A DNA stretch of 62,848 bases, filler included, from Octopus bimaculoides (taxonomy: Eukaryota): assembly GCF_001194135.2 (NCBI RefSeq). It is 7 parts of 7 records of this genome, joined end to end, with 100 filler letters (N's around TTAATTAATTAA, not from the genome) between each part and the next. Parts side by side here need not be neighbours in the genome. Positions count along the whole stretch, not along the records: positions 1 to 19,573 come from NC_068988.1; 6 more parts are not named here. One strand, given 5' to 3'. Shown here piece after piece: positions 1 through 12,529 of the stretch (positions within the stretch are counted from its first letter, which is position 1; each line of letters opens with the position of its first letter). A program made the translations under genes and the position numbers. The notes under the pieces are model-generated. The model searched no databases. It was not told where the DNA came from and saw nothing but the letters and a program-made list of their open reading frames with translations.

Positions 1-67
<67 letters not shown>

Positions 68-455
68 ACATCTAGTTTTAAATGTGCAGTAACAGTACTG
101 AACAGTAAAGTTTATTTGCCAACAGAATGTGGCAGTCCTGCACAGGACGATGTTACAACTGTTTAACCCCAGGAAAACATCTTTTCCAACTGGCTATCGA
201 CATACAGTTTGTCTCCGTATAGTATGAGCAAGGCAGTTTATCGCTCCCGTCTCCAGCCATCGTGATACTCACAGACCTAGTTTCCTGGATTGTTTCCCGT
301 CTTCGGTGCGAGATGAGCGACTGTCTGTCACTTTAAAAACATATATTATGTGCAAGTCGAATAAGCCCTCATCACTGGCCTGTGACTATCTCACAGTAAT
401 AACTTATTATTTATATGTGTAAGACTGCCACATTCTGTTGGCAAGTAAACTTTAC

Positions 456-490
<35 letters not shown>

Positions 491-901
491 NNNNNNNNNN
501 NNNNNNNNNNNNNNNNNNNNNNNNNNNNNNNNNNNNNNNNNNNNNNNNNNNNNNNNNNNNNNNNNNNNNNNNNNNNNNNNNNNNNNNNNNNNNNNNNNNN
601 NNNNNNNNNNNNNNNNNNNNNNNNNNNNNNNNNNNNNNNNNNNNNNNNNNNNNNNNNNNNNNNNNNNNNNNNNNNNNNNNNNNNNNNNNNNNNNNNNNNN
701 NNNNNNNNNNNNNNNNNNNNNNNNNNNNNNNNNNNNNNNNNNNNNNNNNNNNNNNNNNNNNNNNNNNNNNNNNNNNNNNNNNNNNNNNNNNNNNNNNNNN
801 NNNNNNNNNNNNNNNNNNNNNNNNNNNNNNNNNNNNNNNNNNNNNNNNNNNNNNNNNNNNNNNNNNNNNNNNNNNNNNNNNNNNNNNNNNNNNNNNNNNN
901 N

Positions 902-944
<43 letters not shown>

Positions 945-2984
945 CGTGTTTGTAATATGAAACTGGCAGAATGCGTTGTTGAATGTTGAAAGACCGAAAT
1001 ATTGAGACAGAGATATGTATTGAAATATGAGAAATGGAAATGTATCAATGGTGTTTAAAGGCAATGTATTTTGAATAGCATAATAAATGATTATTTTAAG
1101 AATAGAGGGAAACAATATTACGAATATTTTTTAAAAGTATCTCTTTTCTTGGAAAATGTGCGTGAGTCTTTATGAATGACTTTTTAACATGAAAAAGAAA
1201 TGTGTGCTCTTCGAGCGGAAATGATGTAACTTACACTATGTACATCATCCGGTTATGCTCATATACTGTTTGACCTGTAATCTGGCTTTGTTTCAGCGCT
1301 TACGCTATACAGCATGCAGAACAAACGTATTTTGTTAATATGCGTGTGTTTATGCTTGTGAATGTATATGCGTTTGTATAAGGGGAGAGTGAGGGGGGGG
1401 ATTAAACAGAGAATGTAGTTGACAATATTTATATTCATAATCAGTTACGATGGTTTCGACAATTAGTGGAAGTGTTACACCAAAAAACATTAATTTCGAC
1501 AAATATAAAAGATTTATGTAAAACCATATAATGTTAAATTTTCCACTAACAGCTCATAGGACTGGGCGTAAATGCAATACTAACTTATATAGCCATACTG
1601 GTTAAACAAAATATAATGAAAAAGGGAGTAACTTATACTAACATAGTAATAAATCAAATCGCAAGTTGTCACACATACAGAGAAAACAATCAAGCAGAGG
1701 AACTCTGGAGACAGAGTATCATCTTAGTTCCATTTATTAGATCTATTACAAATCACCAGGGCGCCTAACTTAATCCAATAAGGGAATTAAAGAGTTATTG
1801 TATACATATGTATTAGTGGAGAGATAAGCAGGCTAAGTGATGAGATGGAGATTTTTAAAAGGGCGACTGTTTATTTATCTATTATTTATTATATTCTCGA
1901 AAGTATCATTAACTGGAGAAAAAGTATTATGAAAAAATGGGCATATAGATAAGAATTAAACAACGGTACAGAATAAGGCTATAAGACCAGCACTATAATT
2001 ATGGCTTGATATCAGTGGAACAACTAGGGGTGAAATAAAATTATTAGGTAAGAAATAAAACATTAGTTATACAGGGTAAAACTAAGCAGGAAGCATTAAG
2101 ATGTAAACGTTTCAAATAGAAGTATCCATGATAAATCTGAAGTAACGCAAAGAAAGTTATTTAAAATTAGGTAAGTCAGCTGAACGTAATTTTCCAGAAA
2201 GTTTTATTGAATTGGTGTGAACAATGAATCAATAATTCGTTACGCTGATTAATTTGACCCGACCCACATCAGAGATTTTTTAAGCACTTCCATAGAACAT
2301 AAATATAGCTACTTCAACCCTGTGTATGTGAATGTGGTACTTATAATTGGTCACGAGGCTGAGCAATCAATACTCCTCTCTTTGAGATATGGAATGAGTG
2401 TAATAAATGAGGGACTCCGAGCTGTCCATTTATTATTAAAGGTATGTGTGTATGTGTGCAGTTATGTGTGTGCATACAGTTGTATGTGTGTACGCAATTG
2501 TGTACGTGTGTTCAGGCAACCTAAATTTGAAGTTAGATGCTATGGAACCAGTGTAATAATGAACTTCATGAGATGTTTAAGCAAAATATTTATAAACTAA
2601 ATTCTAAGATACTGGTTATTTCAAGGGCATTTATTTTGAACCCTATTGTTACACATATCGTCATCTGCATTCTTATGTTTGTCTATATTTATACTCTGAG
2701 ATAGATGCACTAATCTCATAATCGGTACATGTCCTGGATTTACAGTTTCTATAGATAGTGCCTTTTAGAATAACTGAATCCTAATTCTAATTTTCATTCT
2801 TTTACATTCTCTTAGCCTTGATTTTGCATGAATGTTGACTGAGGCGCTCGCTTGAATTTCGTAAATAGCTATTTTCTTACTAAATGTATGTATGTATGTA
2901 TGTATGTATGTATGTATGTATGTATGCATGCATGTATGTATGTATGTATGTATGCATGTATGCATGTATGTATGTATGTATGTA

Positions 2985-3275
2985 TGTCATTGTTTACTTT
3001 TATTTCAAGATTTTTTGCCAATAGAGAAAGAACAGGTTTCTAACTCAATTCTAATTCTTTCTAACTCAAGGCTCCTTCATTGGAATTTCAACATCAACAA
3101 CAGGGTATTTTTGTTTGTATGTATGTATGTATGTATATGTGCAGATTTGTACGTTCTGCTTTATGTGTGTATTCTTATGCATATAGTTGCATATTCAGAG
3201 ATGCTCATATATATTTAAATAATAAACTTCTGGATTTTTACAGTTTCAGTCATGGATTTGATCTATAGTCTTCGA
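2985..3275 (-). mobile_element. Decayed dispersed repeat, probably a CR1-like LINE 3' end (copy 1)
   Basis: Colinear, diverged homology to 5855-6240 (caaga..ttgccaata, cttcattg.aatttcaa, atgtgcagatttgta, gatct.tagtcttc). Confidence 0.45.
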
Positions 3276-4988
3276 ATTAATATATGTATGTATGTACGCA
3301 TGTATGTTTGCATGTATGCATGCATTTATGTATGGATGGATGCATGCATGCATGCATGTGTCTATGTGTACATGTTTAGTTTATACAAAATCATACAAGT
3401 ACTTATTACACTCTTGTATTAAATGTATGTAGTTTGATATGTGTTTGTCATGCGTAAAATAAATACATCAACGTATTTAGAAGACATATATGATAGTATT
3501 TTTAATTTACATTTTCTGCGTTTTTAAGTAATCACTTGGTCGTTGACGTCAATTGATACTCACCAAGAATCATTTGCTTTCAGGCTACATAGCTCTATAT
3601 ATTGTGTCGGCTACTTTTGATTTGTTTTCAATATGCTTTCATTGTGACTCTGAATGAAACATGATATGCACATACTACTCTATCTTAGATTTATGTTGTT
3701 CTTGTTGAAGAGCTGTTGGAATTTGCGGCCGTTCAGGAAATATTTTTAGAAAAAATTTGAGATATCATTGATTTTTTTTTTTTTTTCATATATGAATGTT
3801 ATATAGTGGATCTTAACATATAGCATCGCTCTTCCTATGTTGTTGTTGTTAGGGTGGTAGTGGCGGTGTGGGTGGATGGGTGCAACTACTTGTATTTTCA
3901 TATCGGCTGCGTGTTACTGCCTCGTTATAGTCCACAACAGCCATGTTGAAAATGGATAATGTGCTTATCATCTTGCTATTACCAATAAGTACATGTTAGA
4001 TGACGTTTGTGGAAGGTGAGATTCTGGGTGGATATAAGATGGAAAATGCTATTTATATTCTTAGTGAACTCGTATGATTATGAGTTAATTTTAAATGTCA
4101 TGTCGAAAAGGCTAACGGTTTTAAGTTTCGCTTCGTTTGTCCCTTTCATGCTAAATTTGGTGAATTCTGTGGACTCAGAAAAAAACAGGGTTTCATCACC
4201 ATTAACGGGGCTTTGTTTGTTTAAGTTTTTTGTCTGCAGATATCGAATTACAAGTTTTCCGACTTGGCATGAACTATTATACTAATGTGACCAGTCTGAG
4301 AAGGCATGCAAAAGGCATGAACATTGCCTCTTCTCCTCTGAGTAGTTTATAAAAAGTACAAGAACAACAGCAAGAACACTGGTGAAATTTAGAGAGAAAA
4401 GACAAGAAGAAGAGAAAGGAATAGAAAGAGAATGAGAAAGAAAATATGATGTATGTGTATGTATGTCGGTGTAAGTATATGTTTGTGTATTCTTAGCAAC
4501 AGTGAACGAGCAACAGTGAAAGTAAAATCGACAGAAGTATTAGGCAAGTAAAAAGAGTTGCTAAGCAATAACTTCAAGTTATGTTTTATTAATACTAGAT
4601 ATAAAGTATTATTATCCACAACACTATTGGCAATGTGAAACAACAAGAGCACATTCATTTAATATTCTAACAACGTCCATACACAGTTTTACTTTTATTT
4701 CGATTCTATTTTATCTCTTTTTTTCATTTACGGTCTTATAACTGGGTTTTTTTTTGTTTTGTTTTGGTTTTGTTTTTCTTCATTTTTCTGTATTTCTTTT
4801 GCTTCTTTTGCTTTGTCCTGCGTATTTCATCCTCTTTTGTTTCCGTAAAATGAATAAATAAAATACATTGATTGTTTGATTATTTATTCAATTGTTTTCT
4901 GGCTTTTAGTAATAAATCTTGCTTTATCGTTTCTCATATATATATATATTTATGTATAAATGCGACAAGGTAAGGTGGGAATGTTTGC

Positions 4989-5042
<54 letters not shown>

Positions 5043-5059
5043 NNNNNNNNNNNNNNNNN

Positions 5060-5110
<51 letters not shown>

Positions 5111-5150
5111 GGTGTATGAATATATATATATGTATATGAAAACATAGGAT

Positions 5151-5275
5151 TGTTGTTGAAGAGCGTAGGTTCGAAACGTAAAAGACTTTCTCTCTCCCCA
5201 AGCGTTAAACTAATACATTTGTTTGCTTTTTACACACCCGTCTTTTTTTTTGTTTTGGAAATTCCAACTATATAT
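5151..5275 (+). repeat. Penelope-LTR-like remnant with a degenerate hammerhead core
   Basis: ttgaagagcgtaggttcgaaacgta: (c)UGAAGA..GAAA plus ACGU palindrome and GUA. Confidence 0.3.
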
Positions 5276-5372
5276 ATATATATATATATATACGTACACA
5301 TAGGTAGGTATATGTAATACACATATATATATATATGTATGTATTTATACATATATGTACCTCTCACTCACA

Positions 5373-5410
<38 letters not shown>

Positions 5411-5470
5411 AGAAGATAGATAGATAGATTGATAAATAGATAGATAGATAGATAGATAGANNNNNNNNNN

Positions 5471-5579
<109 letters not shown>

Positions 5580-5753
5580 CACTTCGAAATACGAATTAAG
5601 ATGTGCCGTGCAAGGTTTGTGTGTGTGCTCTGCGTGTATTAATGTTTCTTTTTATGTACGGTTTGTATACTGAAACAGCCAAACATTAAATTGAAGGATG
5701 CGCAGTAACTTTCAGTATTGTAAAACGTTTATTTTACTTTTACTAGCTGAAGA

Positions 5754-5802
5754 TTGACAGTTACTTCGAAGTTTCAGTTTAGTAGCCTTCATCAGATTGT
5801 CA
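5754..5802 (-). ncRNA. Minimal type I hammerhead-ribozyme-like motif (decayed)
   Basis: Minus strand TGACAAT-CTGATGA-A-GGCTactaAACT-GAA-ACTTCGAAGT-A-ACTGTCA. Core intact, perfect 10-nt palindromic stem III, GUA triplet, stem I 6/7 bp, stem II imperfect. Confidence 0.55.
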
Positions 5803-5854
5803 GATGCCGTGTAAATGTATATGTGTGAATGTATGTATATGAATGTATGTATGT

Positions 5855-6240
5855 TTGTCATTATTCAGTTTTAATTCAAGACTTCTTGCCAATAAAGAGC
5901 CTGCTTCTAACCTAGATCGAAGGCCCCTTCATTGAAATTTCAATATCAACGGAGCATTTCTGTATGTATGTATGTATGTATGTATGTATGTATGTATAAG
6001 TATGTATGTGTGTATATATGTATGTATGTATATGTGCAGATTTGTATGTTTTGTTTTATATATGTCTTTTTATGCATATACTTGCATATTTAGACATGTT
6101 CATATTTACTTAAATGATAAACTTGCAGAAAGTTTTACAGATCTGTACAGATCTGTAGTCTTGGATCTGTAGTCTTCAAATCAGCTTTCTCCTTTCTGGT
6201 GTTGAGAAGCCTAATTTCTCAAGATTGGCATTTAGGCAGT
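5855..6240 (-). mobile_element. Decayed CR1-like LINE 3' end (copy 2)
   Basis: Minus strand gives LEKLGFSTPERRKLI, similar to the CR1 L..LGL.TLERRRL motif. Homologous to 2985-3275. Confidence 0.45.
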
Positions 6241-6302
6241 ATGTATGTATAATTAATTAATAGCGACAGAAGTAGGTAGAGGTTGCATAAAAGCACACGT
6301 AA

Positions 6303-6860
6303 TTAAATTGTTGACAGACGAGATTCACCTACTACTGTCACTGGAACTGTCAGTGGTTTCACCCTGCTTTGGGTTCCTCGGTGACAGATGCTGAGCAGCG
6401 CGATCACAGCCGATATATGTGTTTCTATGCCCCATGACTCTTGTCTTTTTCTAACCATATTGGTGCCCAAAGAGTAGTTGATTTCCACAATAGAACATAC
6501 CTTTTCTTTGTGCTCACACACAGCAATATCTGGCCGACTGTGTTTTAACTTGTAATTCTTTTAATTCATACGTTCTATCAATATTCTTTTGACCTATTGA
6601 TCTGAATATAGTCAATTTCACCTATAACTGTTTTCTTTTTAGTCATCCTGTTCCAGACTGTTCTGGCAAGTGTATCATGCCTCATGGGAAGATAATATGT
6701 GAAAGGCATTCTATTACAGCTGGCAATAATATAAATATCTTTAGTCTATGTCTTGCACAGCATACATCTATTATCTGTCAAAGTTTTCTGCCTTTTATGT
6801 TGTAAGTACTTCATGGGGATCTCTTGTTCTTGCATGGAGATAGCCATCGAAGTGGAATAT
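6303..6860 (-). mobile_element. Decayed R4/Dong-like (RLE-encoding) non-LTR retrotransposon, C-terminal fragment
   Basis: SMQEQEIPMKY..DNRCMLCKT*TKDIYIIASC..YYLPMRHDTLA (zinc-knuckle remnant plus RHD), then after a frameshift HSRPDIAVCEHKEKVCSIVEI (PD-(D/E) restriction-like endonuclease). Stops present. Confidence 0.75.
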
Positions 6861-7321
6861 CATAAACTTGTTGGTACTCTATGCAAAGCTTTTGATATGT
6901 GCTCTTGATGTTTTCTCCATACAGTTGGATGAGGTCTCGCCGATAAAAGGGGAAATTCTTCAGCCAGTGACCTGTTATGGGGTCTGAGCTTGGGAAAGTT
7001 TCAGATGCTCTTTTGTTTGTACAGTATAGTGTATGTATGTATGTATGTATGTAATAGCTGATATAAATGCTGGTTTGTAGCTGGTATATTCAATCACGCT
7101 TTACATAGTATAGAAAGAGATGGCGAGAGAGTAAAATAGATACAGAGAGTTAGCATAAAAAGTGAAAATTGTATGCACATACTAGGAACGTTACATACAC
7201 GTATACGGCAAGAGAGAAAGAATCGTAAAGACAGAGTAGGAGAAAAGGCAGGAGGAGAAGGCTGAGGAGGAGCAAACACAGACTAATTACTGAAGCTCAA
7301 ATTTTGCAGATATAGGTTTTT

Positions 7322-7680
7322 GATGTGAAGCAGTATGACTCAGTGGTTAGAGCGTTGGACTCACAATCATGAGGTAGTGAATTCGATTCATGGACCGGAC
7401 TGTGTGTGGTGTTCTTGAGCAAGACAATTCATTTCACGTTGCTCCAGTTCAATCAGCTGTAGAAATGAGTTACGACGTCACTGGTGTCAAGCTGTATCGG
7501 CCCTTGCCTTTCCCTTGGATAACTTCAGTGACGTGGAGAGGGAAGGCTGGTATGCAGGGGGGGGGGACTGCTGGCCTTCCATAAACAATCTAACCCGCAC
7601 TTGTGCCTCGTGGGTGGGGAGCACTTTTTAGGTGTAATCCCGTGGTCATTCATGGCCGAAGGAAGTCTTTACTCTTTAGG
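7322..7680 (+). mobile_element. tRNA-headed SINE, family C (tail variant 1)
   Basis: A-box-like tgactcagtggttag, B-box-like gaattcgattca, and core gttcttgagcaagac..tttcacgttgctccagttc shared with 15415, 15760 and 59832. Confidence 0.75.
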
Positions 7681-8395
7681 TTTTCGATGAANNNNNNNNN
7701 NNNNNNNNNNNNNNNNNNNNNNNNNNNNNNNNNNNNNNNNNNNNNNNNNNNNNNNNNNNNNNNNNNNNNNNNNNNNNNNNNNNNNNNNNNNNNNNNNNNN
7801 NNNNNNNNNNNNNNNNNNNNNNNNNNNNNNNNNNNNNNNNNNNNNNNNNNNNNNNNNNNNNNNNNNNNNNNNNNNNNNNNNNNNNNNNNNNNNNNNNNNN
7901 NNNNNNNNNNNNNNNNNNNNNNNNNNNNNNNNNNNNNNNNNNNNNNNNNNNNNNNNNNNNNNNNNNNNNNNNNNNNNNNNNNNNNNNNNNNNNNNNNNNN
8001 NNNNNNNNNNNNNNNNNNNNNNNNNNNNNNNNNNNNNNNNNNNNNNNNNNNNNNNNNNNNNNNNNNNNNNNNNNNNNNNNNNNNNNNNNNNNNNNNNNNN
8101 NNNNNNNNNNNNNNNNNNNNNNNNNNNNNNNNNNNNNNNNNNNNNNNNNNNNNNNNNNNNNNNNNNNNNNNNNNNNNNNNNNNNNNNNNNNNNNNNNNNN
8201 NNNNNNNNNNNNNNNNNNNNNNNNNNNNNNNNNNNNNNNNNNNNNNNNNNNNNNNNNNNNNNNNNNNNNNNNNNNNNNNNNNNNNNNNNNNNNNNNNNNN
8301 NNNNNNNNNNNNNNNNNNNNNNNNNNNNNNNNNNNNNNNNNNNNNNNNNNNNNNNNNNNNNNNNNNNNNNNNNNNNNNNNNNNNNNNNNNNNNNN

Positions 8396-8454
<59 letters not shown>

Positions 8455-8777
8455 GAAAGGCAAAGAGAAGTACTGAGTTCGTGACTATATATTTTAGCAC
8501 TAGTTCGTTATATTTATCTTCGTCCTCTTTTCAAATTGCATTAGAATTGAATTTTGCATTTCATCCCTTAGGATGGGGATCGATAAAATAAGTACCAAAC
8601 AAATAATAGCATCGATTCAATTAAATTCATTCTTAAACTGGCAATTTTCATTTTCCAAGACACATTTAGAACACACGTGCATACACACGCATACATACAT
8701 AAATGTGTGTATTTATGTGTGTTTATGTGTGTGCGTGAGTGTGTGCGTGCGTGTGTGTGTGTGTGTGTGTGTGTGTA

Positions 8778-8840
<63 letters not shown>

Positions 8841-8861
8841 TAGGTGGTGAATTAGCAGATA

Positions 8862-8982
8862 TGCTAGTGTGTAAGACAGTCTGCGTCATGGTGTGTCGCA
8901 GCATTTTCGAGTCTGAGTTCAAATTATTACGAACTCCCCTTTTCCTTTCACCTGTTCAGGATCGATAAGTGAAGTCCCAGCT
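8862..8982 (+). mobile_element. Degenerate family B SINE fragment
   Basis: gcattttcg..ctgagttcaaatt..cctttca.ctgttcaggatcgataa matches the family B body. Confidence 0.5.
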
Positions 8983-9599
8983 GTGTGTGTGTGTGTGTGT
9001 GTGTTTCATTTAGGCATAGCGATGCTAATAACTTGGCACTAGAACTCAGTATAAATGTGCTTCACAATCAAGCCTTAACGCGTAATGTGAAATTAAATGA
9101 CACAAGAAGAGTAAATTATACAATGAGCATGCATACATACATATTATATGTATGTGGGGTGGGTATATGGGAATGTAAGTATGTATGTCTGATTCTGAGG
9201 GAATGGTTTTGTCCACTAGCATATGTCTTTTAAGTCCAGATATTGTAAGAGGCGGTTGAGGTTGAAGATTATTAACTACCCAGGCATTTCGATTTTCATG
9301 TGACTTCATATTGCTCGCGTATCTTGCTTTTAACAACAGAACACAATCACACAAAATATATATCCAGTTTTCACTATTGATTTGAGTCCCAATTTTTCCT
9401 TTACCACAGGCTCTTCGGAATCATATTCCAAAGGGCAAAGATGTAGAAGAAACTTGAATACCTGTGATTTGTATTTTAAACTCTGTCAGACAGCTGTTTG
9501 TCTCATCAACGGAGGCATTGTGCTGTGTGATGAAGTGTGGTGTGTGTGTGTGTGTGTTTTAATCTGGGACGGTTATAATCTGTCATGTATCATGAAAAT

Positions 9600-9680
9600 T
9601 GTTCGAAAACAATTGTTCGAAGACAATTATTCGAAAACAATTATTCGAAAACAATTATTCGAAAAACTGTTATTCGAAAT
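9600..9680 (+). repeat. 14-bp minisatellite (aaaacaattattcg) x ~5-6
   Basis: Direct tandem copies visible. Confidence 0.85.
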
Positions 9681-9720
9681 ATATAGTATTTGTGTATTTG
9701 ATGTTTATTACTTTACTTAC

Positions 9721-10080
9721 TTTTACTTGTTTCAGTCATTTGACTGCGGCCATGCTGGAACACCGCCTTTAGTCGAGCAAATTGACCCCGGGACTTATTC
9801 TTTGTAAGCTTGGTACTTATACTATCGGTCTCTTTTGCCGAACCGCTAAGTGACGGGGACATAAACACACCAGCATCGGTTGTCAAGCAATGCTAGGGGG
9901 ACAAACACAGACGCACAAACACACACATACATACATCAGTTTCCGTCTACCAAATCCACTCACAAGGCTTTGGTCCGCCCGAGGCTATAGTAGTGACACT
10001 TGCCCAAGGTGCCACGCAGTGAAACTGAACTCGGGACCATGTGGTTAGTAAGTAAGCTATTTACCACGCAACCACTCCTG
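9721..10080 (-). mobile_element. tRNA-headed SINE, family A (near full length)
   Basis: Head caggagtggttgcgtggtaa..gagttcagtttcac, CORE-like caccttgggcaagtgtc, tail ggcggtgttccagcatggccgcagtcaaatgactgaaacaagtaaaa. More than 10 homologous copies in the window. Confidence 0.85.
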
Positions 10081-10996
10081 TTTAAATAAAATAATAAATT
10101 TAGAATAATTAACATTTTGTATAATTGACCTTTTGAAAAATTTTCATTCATGAAAAATTTTCTTCTTCTTAGTCTCCTCTCCTTCCCTCTCTTTTCCGAA
10201 TCGATTGTTGTCAGTTATGGATAGAAATGGTTCCATCAGGTTTAAAATGACAAGGTACTTTTTATGTCATCGCGGCACCCAAAAAACAGAAGGGAATAAA
10301 TATAAAGTACCAGTCAAGTACGGAAGTCGATATAATCGATCGTTCTCTCTTTCTAAAATCAATCTATAGTATTGTGTCGAAATTGTTATTATTCTTTCTT
10401 GCTCAGTATTACTAAACATCACTTTGTTGGAACAGCCAGCCAGTGCGGTTATTGACCAAGTGTGACGTATGTATAACGCTGGTCGCTTATAGCCCAACCG
10501 TCGCCACTGCAGCATTAAGCGAACAAAGCGCATTAATGAGCAGTTCCCACTGCTGCTGAGGAATGCCTCAAATGCTGCATTCATTGATTTGCTTCAAACA
10601 TCAATGCTATGGATCATCTCCTCCTCCCTGTCCTCCTCCACTTTCTCCCCCTCCTTGTGTTTTTCCTCGTCCTTCTCTGCGTCCTCCTCCTCCTCATCCG
10701 CCTCCTCTCTACCCCCGTCCCCTACTAATTTCATCCAGCGATTTATTGTTTTAAATATACTGCTATATAGACACAACAATAGATCATCCATCGGGTTGCT
10801 CGGTTCACTAGAAATAACAGTCAAATATTCTCTAATCATACTCTGTTGTTTAAAAAAAAAGAGATGACAATATCATCCGACAACAAATCCTTGAATACAC
10901 ACCATAAATACGGATGGTCACTTCTGGAATATATTATTTTGTCATAGATCTGCTTAATCAAGACTGACCTACAGCTAACACTAAACAATTGCTATT

Positions 10997-11030
10997 ATGG
11001 CTACTACTACTACTACTACTACTACTGCTG

Positions 11031-11071
<41 letters not shown>

Positions 11072-11136
11072 TCTGCTGCTGCGGCTACTAAAACTACTAC
11101 GATGACGCCTACTACTACTATAACGACTACTACTAC

Positions 11137-11169
<33 letters not shown>

Positions 11170-11173
11170 TATT

Positions 11174-11265
<92 letters not shown>

Positions 11266-11272
11266 CATTATG
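10997..11272. repeat. Compound trinucleotide array (ACT/GCT/ATC/ATT)n
   Basis: Visible; explains the poly-I/M/T/A ORFs. Confidence 0.95.
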
Positions 11273-11399
11273 TTATTATTTCTTTCCAGAAACCTTTGAC
11301 TGTATTCAAAATCTAAATGATGTGATATTCATCCGCATACATTTTAAATACGTTTCTTTATCATACGCTCTAACCTAAACACATACATACATGCATACA

Positions 11400-11431
<32 letters not shown>

Positions 11432-11449
11432 CATAACCCTCCCTCATCC

Positions 11450-11800
11450 CCCAATGATTGGAATAGAGTTAATCAAGAGCACATCCAATCTCTGGTCCAC
11501 AAGTGCGTTGTCTCTTCTCTCTACCTTTTCTGCAACAATTATGACTGTGTTTGCTCTTTGGATCAAGCTGGACTCAAGCTGTCTCCCTTCAGATACTACC
11601 GTTCCACTCGTTACTCTTCTTCTCATCACTTTTGTTGCGTCCAACACCCTTGAACTACCCATTATCACTGCATCGAGTCCTTTCTCAAAACGTGAGCCTT
11701 CCCTCCTTATTTATATCTTCCACGCAACTGTCGGTTTGCAAAGGTTCAGGAGGAATATTAATGGCAAAAATTTCACTGGTCTAAGAGTAGTTGCAAATAC
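11450..11800 (+). mobile_element. Decayed CR1/Jockey-type LINE ORF2 C-terminus
   Basis: QSLVHKCVVSSLYLFCNNY..CSL..YRSTRYSSSHHF..HYHCIESF..LQRFRRNIN resembles the L.HRR.VASL.LFYRYY..CS..STR.SS..H.F..FK.NIN terminus. Stops and frameshift present. Confidence 0.65.
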
Positions 11801-11953
11801 AGTACTGCACTGTCCCTTCATCCTCAAAACCCAGCATGTAAAAACGCACAATACACGGGCATGTATGCATACACACACATACCTGTACAAGCTTACATTC
11901 TTACATACTCGTATGTATGAATGTAAGCTTGTAAATACTCATGAGTACATCCA

Positions 11954-11996
<43 letters not shown>

Positions 11997-12529
11997 GCAT
12001 ATATGCATACATACATACATACATACATATACACATACATGCATATACACATACACGCATAGATGCGTCAATTCATATATACATGCACGTACAAAAATCC
12101 ATACTTGTATTTTCACCATCTCTGATCAATGGCCGAAAGCTTTTCTCTCAGAAGTGGTAATGAAAGTCTTCACAGTAGTTTTTTCTTTCTGATTCAGAAT
12201 GTCTAACATTTTTTTTTTTTGTGCCCTGAATATAGTATTTCTATGTACATCATTCATGTGCTATCATTTTCTTCATGCTTTCATCTAGTAGAATAATTTA
12301 CCTTTGTTATTGGTAGATGTAATTATTTCATAATACTTCACAGAATATGACAGAATACTAAGCCTCTACTGGATTAAAACTTTCACACTATGCTTTATAT
12401 TGACGTCAACAATAAATAATTATTTCTAGACCTATCAAAAACCAAAATCTAACGTAAACCTATACCAGTGAATAAAAACATCATGAGAAAAATAAATGGT
12501 GTCACAAAAATATGTAATGATATGATATA

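Noticed and set aside
411-1115. ORFs spanning N gaps and YI/CV/HT/LSIY dipeptide or tetrapeptide ORFs throughout the track
   Set aside because: Artefacts of N runs and microsatellites.
7330-7410. tRNA genes at SINE heads (also 15415, 44290-44365 and 59835)
   Set aside because: No complete cloverleaf; each continues into SINE body sequence.
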